DNA of 64,000 bases from the NCBI GenBank assembly GCA_018667355.1, contig JABIVC010000009.1:18665-82664 (forward strand), read 5' to 3'. The notes beneath the pieces are model-generated. The model was not told where the DNA came from, made no database searches, and saw only the letters and a list, made by a program, of their open reading frames with translations. The DNA comes from Gammaproteobacteria bacterium. Lineage in GTDB: Bacteria > Pseudomonadota > Gammaproteobacteria > GCA-002705445 > GCA-002716945. The position numbers were made by a program, and so were the translations under genes. This document shows positions 49,785-60,078 of this stretch, piece after piece; position 1 is the stretch's first letter; every line of letters begins with the position of its first letter.

Positions 49785-50764
49785 AGATTTTGATAACAGG
49801 TGGACTTGGCTTTATAGGGTCAAATCTTGTAGCTTATCTTCTTAAAAAAAAGAAAATATCACAGATATTAATAGTAGATAATTTAAGTAAATCCTCCGTA
49901 AAATATCTAGAATCTATAACTAAATTTAAATTCTTTAATAACATTAAAGACTATAAAAAATCTAAATCTAGAGTTGTTGTTGTCAAGGCTAATGTTATTG
50001 ATTTTAAAATAGCCAATATCCTTACAAAAAATATTGATAGCATAGTTCACTTAGCAGCTGAATCTGGTATAGACATATCTATATCAAATCCTAGAGAATC
50101 TTTTGAAACAAATGTAATTGGAACATTTAACTATTTGGAATCAGCAAGATTAAATAATGTTAAGTCTTTTATATTTGCCTCAAGTGGATCAGTATTTGGT
50201 GATGTTAAGCCACCAATGATAGAGAGTTACCCAAGAATACCTATTGCTCCATACGGATCAAGCAAGCTATCTATTGAATCTTATTGTGAGACATATTCAA
50301 AAGTATTTAATATCAAAACAACTATACTCAGATTTAGTAATGCATATGGCTTATATTCTAGTCATAAAAAAAGTGTTGTAGCGAATTTTATCAAATCAAT
50401 ATTAGATAATCAGCCAATAATTATTAATGGCGATGGCAAGCATACACGTGACTATGTTTTTGCTGAAGATTTAGTTGATGCCATTTATAAGTCAATATTT
50501 AAAAAAGATAAAAATAATATTTTTCATATTTCAACAGGAATAGAAACTACAACTAATAAACTTTTAAGTATATTAAAAAAAATATCCTATAAGTATAAAT
50601 TAAATATCCCTAATATAAAGAATATTTCTAGCAGAGTAGGCGATATGAGATTTAATAGTCTATCCACTAAACATACTGAAAAGAATCTTAGGTGGAAACA
50701 TAAAATATCTATTGATAATGGAGTAGAGCGCACTTTAAAATGGTTTCTAAAGTCATATAATTAA
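49781..50764 (+). CDS. NAD-dependent epimerase/dehydratase (GalE-like)
   Basis: ITGG-x-GFIG, HLAA, ASSGSVFG, PYGSSK, RFSNAYG and TRDYV. Confidence 0.88.
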   Translation: MKILITGGLGFIGSNLVAYLLKKKKISQILIVDNLSKSSVKYLESITKFKFFNNIKDYKKSKSRVVVVKANVIDFKIANILTKNIDSIVHLAAESGIDISISNPRESFETNVIGTFNYLESARLNNVKSFIFASSGSVFGDVKPPMIESYPRIPIAPYGSSKLSIESYCETYSKVFNIKTTILRFSNAYGLYSSHKKSVVANFIKSILDNQPIIINGDGKHTRDYVFAEDLVDAIYKSIFKKDKNNIFHISTGIETTTNKLLSILKKISYKYKLNIPNIKNISSRVGDMRFNSLSTKHTEKNLRWKHKISIDNGVERTLKWFLKSYN

Positions 50765-50776
50765 TTAAATTACTGA

Positions 50777-51886
50777 ATGAAATATACCTTCATGCTCCCT
50801 AGAAAAACTGATCTTATTATTTTTGATAATAATGAGTATGAAATGCTATTGAGTACTGTAATACCTCGAGAATACACAGCGCAATTAATGGATAGTAGCA
50901 TATCTTGCATCTACCTAAATCCTATATTTTTATTTGTATATATTATAACAGTAATCAAGAATCTATTGACGGGTTCTAAAGTAAAGTCAGCTCTTTATAA
51001 ATCATATCTATTATGCATTTTAAAATTTATTAAACCAAAAGTTGTCATTACATTTACAGATAATAGTTTAGTTTATCATTGGCTAGTAAAATATTATAAA
51101 AAAGCAAGATTTATCGCTATACAAAATGGTGTGAGACAGCCGTATCAATTTAAAATAATTAAGTCATCAACGGATATTATGATAAATCATGATATTTTTT
51201 ACTGCTTTGGGCGCTATGATGTAAAAAGACATGGAGAAATGGGTTTTACCATAAATACCCCTATACCAATTGGTTCTTTGAGGTTATCTAATTTTAATGA
51301 CTTAAATAGAAAAATAACTCCTGAATATGATATATGTTTAGTTTCAAAATATGGAAAAACTAATCCTCTAAAAAAACCATTAATAGATGAGTTTATATAT
51401 AATTCAAATAGACTAGATTTAGATGTTGCCAAGCTTGCTAAAAACAAAAAACTTAAAGTAGTTATTGCTTTAAGAGGATCGCCCAAAGAGGAAGCTTATT
51501 ATCGTAAGATTTTTGGAGATTATGCAACATATGTAGAGAATAAAGATAGCGAGAGTAGCTACAGAGCATGTTTTTCAAGCGAGTTAATAATTTCTTATCA
51601 ATCATCGATGCTCATTGAAATGTTAGCAAGCAAGAAAAAGGTCTTGCATGTTGATTACACCTCTAATAAAGATATTTTTGGGTATGAGGGTGCTATTAGA
51701 TTAGATTATGTTGATTATTCAAATTTTGAACACCATGTTATCAATCTTTTATCCATTGATTACAAGATTTATGAAAAACTTGTGAAAGATGATCAGATTA
51801 AATTTATGAACCATAGTAGTAGTAACCCACCAAATGTCATAATAAAAAATCATATTGACAAATTAATGAGGAGCTCTATTGTATAA
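50777..51886 (+). CDS. Uncharacterised glycan-biosynthesis protein, possibly a GT-B-like transferase
   Basis: KPKVVITFTDN, IAIQNGVR, YCFG and SSMLIEML...KKV. Position inside the locus supports a glycan role; family not firmly identified. Confidence 0.5.
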   Translation: MKYTFMLPRKTDLIIFDNNEYEMLLSTVIPREYTAQLMDSSISCIYLNPIFLFVYIITVIKNLLTGSKVKSALYKSYLLCILKFIKPKVVITFTDNSLVYHWLVKYYKKARFIAIQNGVRQPYQFKIIKSSTDIMINHDIFYCFGRYDVKRHGEMGFTINTPIPIGSLRLSNFNDLNRKITPEYDICLVSKYGKTNPLKKPLIDEFIYNSNRLDLDVAKLAKNKKLKVVIALRGSPKEEAYYRKIFGDYATYVENKDSESSYRACFSSELIISYQSSMLIEMLASKKKVLHVDYTSNKDIFGYEGAIRLDYVDYSNFEHHVINLLSIDYKIYEKLVKDDQIKFMNHSSSNPPNVIIKNHIDKLMRSSIV

Positions 51887-53642
51887 ATTACTTAAAAAAT
51901 CTTTCTTATTTTTTGATAGTACTGATAAAAAAAGCTTGACTATATTATTGTTTTTATATGTATTAGTAGGCTTAATTGAAATATTTGGAATAGCTTCTAT
52001 AGTTCCCTTTGTTGGCCTTCTTACTGACCCAGAATATTTTAATAATAATGAATATGTCATGGTATTTAAAAACTATTTCTCTCTACAAAGCAATGAGCTT
52101 CTTATGGTTTCAGGTTTCATACTTATAGGTATATTTGTTTTAAGCAATATACTAAATGCTTTAGTATTATGGAAAACTCTTGAGTTTGGAACAAATCATA
52201 GTTATAAGACGTCACTCATAATTCTAGAAAAATATTTAAAACAACCATATAAATTTTTTGTTAATGCGGATATTTCATCACTTAAGAAAAATATCCTTGA
52301 TGAATCTATTCGCTTAGCTGAATCAATATTTCTACCAATGTTACACATACTATCAAGAGTTATTCTTTTGACTTTCATTAGTATATTATTAATTTCGGTA
52401 AATACACAAGCTTTCATATATTCATTACTAATTATTGGAATAATGTATTTACTTATCTTTGTTGTCATAAAAAATATGCTTAAAAAATATGGAGATATAA
52501 GGCTTTCCGCTAATGATAAAAGGTTCAAAACCGTAAATGATTGTTTAAATAGTATCAAAGATATTAAATTTTATAATGCTGAGAAAAAGTATCTAACAAG
52601 TTATTCACAGTCGTCAAATATTTTTTTATGGCTCACAGCAAAAAAAACATTAATCTCAACACTGCCTAGATATTTTATTGAAATAATTGCGTTTGGTGGG
52701 TTCTTTTCAATAATTCTATATTTAACTTATGGTAGCAATGATATATCTACTTCTTTACCTACAATCGCTTTATTTATACTTGCTGCTTATAGGATACTTC
52801 CATCTATGCAACAAATATTTGCTTACTCAAGTTCAATTAAATTTCACATACCCGCATTAGATCTTATTTCAAAAGTAATCAAACTATCCGATAATGCATC
52901 GACTGGAATTGAACCTATAGATTCAAGAGAAGAAGTAATTATTTTTGATAATGTATCTTTCTCGTATGATTCTAATAAAACAATATTGAATAATGTCTCA
53001 TTTAAATTAAATAATCCTGGCATTACTGCAATTATTGGGTCAACCGGGGCAGGGAAGACAACTTTAATTGATTTGTTGCTTGGACTTTATAAACCTACAA
53101 CGGGATTAATTAAGATTCGAAAACTATTATCAGCGCATAGTCTAGATAAAGAAATTAGTTATGTGCCACAAAATATTTCGTTTGTTGATGATAGTATTAT
53201 TAATAATATAGCATTTGGTATTGATGAAAGCTTGATTGATAACGGTAGGGTTACAGATTCATTAAAGGCTGTAAAACTCGATCATCACATAAGTACTTTG
53301 CCCGATGGACTCTTGTCAGAAATAGGTGAAAATGGTGTTAAGTTTAGTGGTGGCCAGTTACAGAGACTTGGGATAGCAAGGGCACTATATTTCAATCCAC
53401 AGATTTTAGTTCTAGATGAGGCTACAAATGCTTTAGATATAAAAACAGAGGAAGAAATCTTGTTATCTTTGAAAAATAACAATCCTAATCTAATAATAAT
53501 ACTTATTACTCATAGAACTTCAGCTCTCAAGTTATCTGACAATATATTACATTTATCCAAAGGCAGCCTGAAGATGATGGATATCAATAATAAAGATTTA
53601 TCAATAGAGAAGCTATTAAAAGATACAGTTTATAATAATTGA
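51879..53642 (+). CDS. ABC transporter, fused TMD-NBD (PglK/MsbA-like flippase)
   Basis: Six TM segments, Walker A GSTGAGKTT, signature FSGGQ and Walker B LVLDEAT; TTG start. Confidence 0.9.
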   Translation: MYKLLKKSFLFFDSTDKKSLTILLFLYVLVGLIEIFGIASIVPFVGLLTDPEYFNNNEYVMVFKNYFSLQSNELLMVSGFILIGIFVLSNILNALVLWKTLEFGTNHSYKTSLIILEKYLKQPYKFFVNADISSLKKNILDESIRLAESIFLPMLHILSRVILLTFISILLISVNTQAFIYSLLIIGIMYLLIFVVIKNMLKKYGDIRLSANDKRFKTVNDCLNSIKDIKFYNAEKKYLTSYSQSSNIFLWLTAKKTLISTLPRYFIEIIAFGGFFSIILYLTYGSNDISTSLPTIALFILAAYRILPSMQQIFAYSSSIKFHIPALDLISKVIKLSDNASTGIEPIDSREEVIIFDNVSFSYDSNKTILNNVSFKLNNPGITAIIGSTGAGKTTLIDLLLGLYKPTTGLIKIRKLLSAHSLDKEISYVPQNISFVDDSIINNIAFGIDESLIDNGRVTDSLKAVKLDHHISTLPDGLLSEIGENGVKFSGGQLQRLGIARALYFNPQILVLDEATNALDIKTEEEILLSLKNNNPNLIIILITHRTSALKLSDNILHLSKGSLKMMDINNKDLSIEKLLKDTVYNN

Positions 53643-53652
53643 GAAAAATAAT

Positions 53653-54657
53653 ATGAAAAATAAAAAAATACTTATAACAGGTGCAGATGGATTCATAGGA
53701 TCACACCTAACTGAAAAGCTCATACGAATGGGTTGTGATGTTAGAGCTATGTGTTTATATAACTCGTTTAATTCCTGGGGATGGCTTGATAGCATTAATA
53801 AAAAATTATTAGATAAAGCCGATGTTGTCTTGGGTGATGTCCGCGATATCAAATCTGTTAAAAAAGCATGTAAAAATATAGATTATGTTTTCCATCTTGC
53901 ATCATTAATAGCAATACCTCACTCTTATAACTCGCCATATTCTTATTTGCATACTAACGCTGAAGGTACGATGAATATTCTTGAGGCATGTACTGATACT
54001 AATGTTACAAAAATTATTCATACGTCAACAAGTGAGGTATATGGTGATATAAAGAAGATGCCTATATCTGAATCCGACAAAATATTTGCTAAGTCTCCAT
54101 ATTCAGCAACTAAAATTGCTGCAGATCAGATTGCTGAATCATATTACAGTTCTTTTGGTTTACCCGTAACTATAGTAAGACCTTTTAATACTTATGGTCC
54201 AAGACAATCAAATAGAGCCATAATACCAACTATTATCAGTCAAATATTAGATGGTAAAAAAAAGATTAAACTTGGATCACTGTATCCAACTAGAGATTTC
54301 TCATATATTGATGATACAGTAAATGGATTTATATCAGCTGCAATATCAAAAAATAGTATAGGTGAAACTTTTAATATCGGTGCAGGCTATGAAATATCCA
54401 TAGGTGATTTATTTAATGTGATAAATAAACTATGCGGAAGTAATGCTAAAATAAAAACTGACAGTGTACGTATTAGACCAAAATCAGGTGAAGTATATAG
54501 GTTGAAAGCTGATAATAAAAAAGCAAAAAAGATAATTAAGTGGGAACCTAAATATTCTGGTAAGTCAGGACTCATAAGGGGTCTTAAAAATACTATTGAG
54601 TGGTTTAGCAAGGAAGAAAACCTCTGTAAGTATAAAACTGATCATTATATTACTTAA
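53653..54657 (+). CDS. legB: NDP-GlcNAc 4,6-dehydratase LegB
   Basis: TGADGFIGSHL, YNSFNSWGWLD, LIAIPHSY, SPYSATK and RPFNTYGPRQS. Confidence 0.9.
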   Translation: MKNKKILITGADGFIGSHLTEKLIRMGCDVRAMCLYNSFNSWGWLDSINKKLLDKADVVLGDVRDIKSVKKACKNIDYVFHLASLIAIPHSYNSPYSYLHTNAEGTMNILEACTDTNVTKIIHTSTSEVYGDIKKMPISESDKIFAKSPYSATKIAADQIAESYYSSFGLPVTIVRPFNTYGPRQSNRAIIPTIISQILDGKKKIKLGSLYPTRDFSYIDDTVNGFISAAISKNSIGETFNIGAGYEISIGDLFNVINKLCGSNAKIKTDSVRIRPKSGEVYRLKADNKKAKKIIKWEPKYSGKSGLIRGLKNTIEWFSKEENLCKYKTDHYIT

Positions 54658-54658
54658 A

Positions 54659-55807
54659 ATGTACGATAGTATAATTAAAAAAATTAGAAAATGTTTGCCT
54701 ACAAATGTAAAAAAATATGCAGTCCATGAGCCCTCTTTCCCTAAAAAAGTGCTTAGGGAAATAGAAAAATGTATAGACTCAAGTTATGTGTCAACATCAG
54801 GAGAATATTTAGATAAATTCACCAGAGAATTACAGGAGATAACTAATTCTAAATATGTTGTGTTAACATCTAGTGGTACAGCGGCGCTATTCTGTGCGCT
54901 AGAAGAAATTAATATTTCTGGATGTGAAGTGATTATGCCTTCAATGACATTTGTTGCTACTCCAAACGCTGTTATACATGCTAGTGGAATTCCAAATTTT
55001 ATTGATAATAGTAAATACTCTCTAAATATAAATGCTGAAATCCTAGATAAATATTTAAATGAGAATACTATGCAAGTGAAGGGTAGCTGCATTAATAAAA
55101 AATCAATGAGACGTATACGATGTATTATTGTAGTGCATGCATATGGTACAGCAGCTAATGTTACCAATATTTGCAAGGTTGCAAAAAAACATAAAATAGA
55201 AGTTTTGGAAGACGCTGCTGGTGCACTTGGCTCATATGAATATAACAAACATGTCGGGACTATATCACGCATGGGTGCCTTAAGCTTTAATGGAAATAAA
55301 ATCATAACTACAGGAATGGGTGGAGCATTGCTTCTTAAAAGCAAAAAAGACTATGAACGAATATCTCATAAAATAAGTACTGCTAGACTTAAACATGAAT
55401 GGAAAGTAGAGCATGATATGGTTGGATATAATCTTCGAATGGCTAATATAAATGCTACTTTAGGTTATTGTCAAATCACTGATTTCAAAAAAACATTAAA
55501 GATAAAAAGAAAATTATACAATGATTATCGTGAAATCTTTTATAATGATAAATATTGTTATATTAAAGATGAAGAGCCGAATACTACCAATAATAACTGG
55601 GTAACTAATTTATATCTAAGAGATAGTTTTAAAGATAAACATCAAATCTTAATCAAAAGACTGCATAAAAGTAATATTTTGGCACGAGAATTATGGAAAC
55701 CTATGCATTTACTTCCAATGTTTAAGAGTATGCCTCGAACACGTATGAAAAATTCAATAAATAATTGGAAAACAGGGCTCAGTTTACCTAGCAGTTATTA
55801 TAAATGA
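54659..55807 (+). CDS. legC: LegC-family PLP aminotransferase (DegT/DnrJ)
   Basis: HEP, TFVAT-x-NA, EDAAGALGS, SFNGNKIITTG-x-GG and GYNLRM. Start moved to ATG 54659. Confidence 0.88.
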   Translation: MYDSIIKKIRKCLPTNVKKYAVHEPSFPKKVLREIEKCIDSSYVSTSGEYLDKFTRELQEITNSKYVVLTSSGTAALFCALEEINISGCEVIMPSMTFVATPNAVIHASGIPNFIDNSKYSLNINAEILDKYLNENTMQVKGSCINKKSMRRIRCIIVVHAYGTAANVTNICKVAKKHKIEVLEDAAGALGSYEYNKHVGTISRMGALSFNGNKIITTGMGGALLLKSKKDYERISHKISTARLKHEWKVEHDMVGYNLRMANINATLGYCQITDFKKTLKIKRKLYNDYREIFYNDKYCYIKDEEPNTTNNNWVTNLYLRDSFKDKHQILIKRLHKSNILARELWKPMHLLPMFKSMPRTRMKNSINNWKTGLSLPSSYYK

Positions 55808-56949
55808 TTAAAAAAAGAACAATATGCGTCCTTTCTTCTAGTAGAGCAGATTATAATCATCTATATTTACTTATGAAGAGCTTAAAAGAATCACAAATAT
55901 TTGATTTTAAGCTTTTGGTGACAGGGATGCATCTTTTAAAAAAATATGGAGATACATACTCTGAATTAGTTAAAGATGGTTTTAAAATTGATGGTTTCAT
56001 AAAAAATTCTAGTCTGAATAATAATCATAATCAAATTTTAAATTTAATGTCTGATCAGTTATCAAATGCAGGCAAGCAGTTAGATAAAATTAATCCAGAT
56101 ATTTTGGTTATCTTAGGTGATAGATATGATGTATTACCGATAGCAATCGCATCTCATATAAAGGGAATTGCTATTGCACATTTTCATGGTGGTGAAGTTA
56201 CTCATGGAGCTATAGATGATGCAATTAGACATGCAATTACTAAATTCTCTGATATACATTTCGTAAGTAATAAAGAATTTAAGAAAAGAGTGCAACAATT
56301 AGGTGAAAATACAAAAAATGTTCATAATATTGGTTCGTTAGGTGTACAGGCTATTAAATTAACACCAATAATTTCAAAACAAGAAATTCAAGAGCATTTT
56401 GATATTCATGGAGATTATATTTTAATTGCTATTCATCCAGAAACAATCAATGCTGATAATATCAGAATGATTAAATCACTATTCGATGTCTTATCTAAAG
56501 ATATATCTCATCAAATTATATTCACTAGCCCTAATTCGGATCCTGGAAATGAAATAATAATTAAAAATATTAAATCTTTTTTAAAAGATCACCCGAAGAA
56601 AGCAAAGTTTATTGTTTCAGCTGGTAGAGAACTTTTCATTAACTTAATGAGACACTGCAATTTCATTATTGGTAATTCATCATCTTGCGTTATAGAGGCG
56701 CCAGCTCTAGGTATCAAATCTATATTAATTGGTGATAGACAATCAGGTCGACCAATATCATCAAGTGTCAGTCAATCATCTTTTAGTCGTAAATCTATAA
56801 GTAGTCAGATAAAAATAACAGAAAACTTAAGAAAGACTAGTGCTAAAAAGATTCATTATAAAGGTTCAAATACAATTCCAAAAATATTAAAAATACTCGA
56901 AACTGTACCTTTGAAAGAAATAAAATTAAAGAAGTTTAAAGATATATAA
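55804..56949 (+). CDS. legG: Hydrolysing NDP-diacetamido-sugar 2-epimerase (LegG/NeuC)
   Basis: SRADY, GDRYD, HFHGGE, D-x-x-IRHAITK, IHPET and GNSSS. Confidence 0.88.
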   Translation: MIKKRTICVLSSSRADYNHLYLLMKSLKESQIFDFKLLVTGMHLLKKYGDTYSELVKDGFKIDGFIKNSSLNNNHNQILNLMSDQLSNAGKQLDKINPDILVILGDRYDVLPIAIASHIKGIAIAHFHGGEVTHGAIDDAIRHAITKFSDIHFVSNKEFKKRVQQLGENTKNVHNIGSLGVQAIKLTPIISKQEIQEHFDIHGDYILIAIHPETINADNIRMIKSLFDVLSKDISHQIIFTSPNSDPGNEIIIKNIKSFLKDHPKKAKFIVSAGRELFINLMRHCNFIIGNSSSCVIEAPALGIKSILIGDRQSGRPISSSVSQSSFSRKSISSQIKITENLRKTSAKKIHYKGSNTIPKILKILETVPLKEIKLKKFKDI

Positions 56950-58065
56950 ATGACAAAGATTAATAAAAGACCGATTCACATAATTGCTGAAATAGGAGTA
57001 AACCATAATGGAAAACTATCTTTGGCAAAAAAACTGATTAAAGAAGCAAAAAAATCTGGGGCAAACTCTGTTAAATTTCAGACCTTTAATACTGATGAGA
57101 TTATTAAAAGAAATACCTCAAAAGCTAAGTATCAAATCAAGAACACAAATAATAAGGAATCGCAATACGATATGTTGAAGAGATATGAATTAAGTAATGA
57201 AGATTATAAAGCTCTAATAGTTTATTCAAAAAAAGTTGATATTGAATTCTTTTCTACAGCATGTGATATCGATAGTCTTACATACTTATGTAAAAAATTA
57301 AAACTAAAAACAATAAAAATATCGTCGACAGATTTAACAAATATACCTTTACTTTTAAAAGCTGGGGCTACGAGAAAGAAAATTATCATTTCATCTGGAA
57401 TGGCGGATATATATGAAATTGATATAGCCTTGTCAGCCTTATCATATGGTTATGCCCATGCAGACAATTTAGATATTTCTAAATTTAAGCTTATAAAACA
57501 TAAAAAATATTATTTAAAGAACAAACAATATCTTTCAAGGAAAGTTACTTTATTGCATTGTACGACAGAATACCCGGCACCTCTAGATGAACTAAATTTA
57601 AATGTCATAACAGATTTTCAGTCAAGATATCCAACATCAATAGGTTATTCTGATCATTCAAATAATCTCTTAACACCAATTGTGGTAACAGCAAAAAACA
57701 TCACCATGATTGAAGTCCATGTAACATTGAATACAACAATGGATGGCCCTGATCATAAATGCTCTTTAGACATGAAAAAATTTTCTGAGTATGTTGATAA
57801 TATAAGAAAAACTGAGATGATGCTTGGTTCACCTAATAAAGCTCCTACAAAATCTGAAATTCAAAATATTAAAACAGTAAGAAAGAGTCTTGTATTAAAT
57901 AAGTCAATTGTAAAAGGAGAAAAAATTACAGTAGATAACCTAGCAGTTAAAAGACCAGGAAACGGAATACCATCAATACACTATACTGATTATATAAATG
58001 TTGTATCTAAAAAAATATTAAACAAAAATCATTTTCTTAAAAAAGAAGATGTAAAAAAGAAGTAA
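56950..58065 (+). CDS. legI: Nonulosonic acid synthase (LegI/NeuB)
   Basis: IAEIGVNHNG, KFQTF, LLHCTTEYP, GYSDHS, EVHVTL, GPDH and C-terminal SAF domain (KRPG-x-GI). Confidence 0.9.
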   Translation: MTKINKRPIHIIAEIGVNHNGKLSLAKKLIKEAKKSGANSVKFQTFNTDEIIKRNTSKAKYQIKNTNNKESQYDMLKRYELSNEDYKALIVYSKKVDIEFFSTACDIDSLTYLCKKLKLKTIKISSTDLTNIPLLLKAGATRKKIIISSGMADIYEIDIALSALSYGYAHADNLDISKFKLIKHKKYYLKNKQYLSRKVTLLHCTTEYPAPLDELNLNVITDFQSRYPTSIGYSDHSNNLLTPIVVTAKNITMIEVHVTLNTTMDGPDHKCSLDMKKFSEYVDNIRKTEMMLGSPNKAPTKSEIQNIKTVRKSLVLNKSIVKGEKITVDNLAVKRPGNGIPSIHYTDYINVVSKKILNKNHFLKKEDVKKK

Positions 58066-59087
58066 TGGAAATATCAATTAAAAATAATCTTCTCCTGAAA
58101 GACTCTTTGATTACTGATGCAATCAAGCATTTAGAAAAATGTGATATAAAAATTATTGTTATTGTTGATTCTGATAAAAAAATATTGGGTACAATTACAG
58201 ATGGCGACATAAGGCGAGCTTTATTAAAAGAAATATCACTTGATAGCAAATGTGCTCTAATCATGAATAGTAATCCTCATTATTCAAAAATAAATGAGAT
58301 AGATAAAATAAATAGGATAATTCAAGTAAGCAAGAAATCTGTTGTAATTGTAGATAATGAAAATAAAGTTATTGGAATAGAATCTAGTATTAAACCACAT
58401 CTCAATATGCGGAACCAAGTTATTGTGATGGCTGGTGGCAAAGGAACTAGACTTGAACCTTTAACTCTAGATACACCAAAACCTCTTTTAATGATAAAAG
58501 AAAAACCAATTTTACATAGAATAATAGACAGTCTAGTTTCATATGGCTTAATTGATATTTATATATCTGTTTTATATAAGGCTGATCATATAGTTAATTA
58601 TTTTAATAATGGTGAAGGTTTCAACGCAAGAATTGATTATCTAAAAGAATCAAAACCATTAGGAACAGCGGGCTGCTTAAAACTATTTAAGAAATATATG
58701 AACAATGAGCCAATTATTGTTATTAATGGTGATGTTTTAACTTCCATCAATTATGATAGGCTTTTAGATTTTCATAAAAAATCAAAAAAAAGCATAACAA
58801 TTTGTAGTGCAAAATATGAGATACCTCTAGAGTATGGAACTCTTAATATTAAAGATGGGGATCTCATAAGCCTTGAAGAAAAACCAGTTAAAGAATATTT
58901 TGTTAATGCCGGAATATATATAATTAATCCTAGTGTCATTACAAATTTAGAAGAAAAAGAAAGATTTGATATGACAGATTTACTAGAGATTTATATAAAA
59001 ACTAAATCCGTAGCTGTGTTTCCAATGCATGAACAGTGGATAGATATAGGTAATCATAAAGACTATAAAAAAGCTAATGAAGAATAA
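58065..59087 (+). CDS. legX: CBS-domain nucleotidyltransferase (LegX/PtmE)
   Basis: N-terminal CBS pair (TDGDIRR), MAGGKGTRL-x-PLT, PKPLL, PLGTAG and W-x-DIG. Confidence 0.85.
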   Translation: MEISIKNNLLLKDSLITDAIKHLEKCDIKIIVIVDSDKKILGTITDGDIRRALLKEISLDSKCALIMNSNPHYSKINEIDKINRIIQVSKKSVVIVDNENKVIGIESSIKPHLNMRNQVIVMAGGKGTRLEPLTLDTPKPLLMIKEKPILHRIIDSLVSYGLIDIYISVLYKADHIVNYFNNGEGFNARIDYLKESKPLGTAGCLKLFKKYMNNEPIIVINGDVLTSINYDRLLDFHKKSKKSITICSAKYEIPLEYGTLNIKDGDLISLEEKPVKEYFVNAGIYIINPSVITNLEEKERFDMTDLLEIYIKTKSVAVFPMHEQWIDIGNHKDYKKANEE

Positions 59088-60078
59088 ATTAATTGCCACT
59101 GAATTTTTAATGGTTGGTAGTGGAAACATTGCATTACAACATATAGATGCAATTATAAGTTATAAAAAAAACAGCAAAGTGCATCTATTAAAGAGAAGTA
59201 GAGGTGTTGCCAATATTAGAGTGCAAAATGCATGTGAAACAGTATCATCAGATATCCATAACTTTATACCATTAACTACAAAATCAGTTGCAATAATCAC
59301 TTCTCCAGCATCAAAACACATCGATGATGCAATAATATTAGCAAAGAAAGGGTTTCACTTATTAATAGAAAAACCACTTATGATATCTCGAAAAGGTTAT
59401 CAGATATTAATTAATATAACTAATAAAAAACTATTGTGCACACATGTTGCTTACAATTTAAGATTTAATAATTTAATAATAAATCTTAAAAAAATTATTG
59501 ATAGCAATAAACATGGAAGAATAATAAATGTCGATATCAGTATTACCAGTAACTTCAAAAAATGGAGGCCAAATAAAAAGTACTATGAAACTGTGAGTTC
59601 TCAGAAAAAATTTGGTGGCGGGGTTATTAACGAACTATCACATGACTTTGATTATATGTTATATTTGTTTGGCAAACCTATTGCGGTTACATCAGAACTT
59701 TCATTTACAAGAGATAAAAGGATTGATGTTGAAACTAAGTCTATTAATCGTTTTAGATATAAAGATTTTGTAATAAATTTATGTCAAAATATGTGTTCTG
59801 ATAAAGAAGAGCGTAAATGTATCGTAGATTTTGAAAAGGCAAAAATAGTTTTAGATTTTAATAAAAGTAAAATATGTATCATTAAAGATCAGAAAAAAAA
59901 ATATATAATAAACAAAGATACCATGGCATCTACATATAAAAATCAGTTTGACTATTTCATGAAATGTATAAAATCTAAAAGTAAATCATCTATGGATATT
60001 CGTGATAATAAATTATTATTCAAAACATTAAATTCGGTTAAACTTTCACATAAAAATAGTAAAGAGATAAGAATATGA
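59077..60078 (+). CDS. Gfo/Idh/MocA-family oxidoreductase (PtmF/ElaA-like)
   Basis: VGSG-x-IA, IEKPL, YNLRF, WRP and GGG-x-x-x-ELSHDFDY. Confidence 0.85.
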   Translation: MKNKLIATEFLMVGSGNIALQHIDAIISYKKNSKVHLLKRSRGVANIRVQNACETVSSDIHNFIPLTTKSVAIITSPASKHIDDAIILAKKGFHLLIEKPLMISRKGYQILINITNKKLLCTHVAYNLRFNNLIINLKKIIDSNKHGRIINVDISITSNFKKWRPNKKYYETVSSQKKFGGGVINELSHDFDYMLYLFGKPIAVTSELSFTRDKRIDVETKSINRFRYKDFVINLCQNMCSDKEERKCIVDFEKAKIVLDFNKSKICIIKDQKKKYIINKDTMASTYKNQFDYFMKCIKSKSKSSMDIRDNKLLFKTLNSVKLSHKNSKEIRI

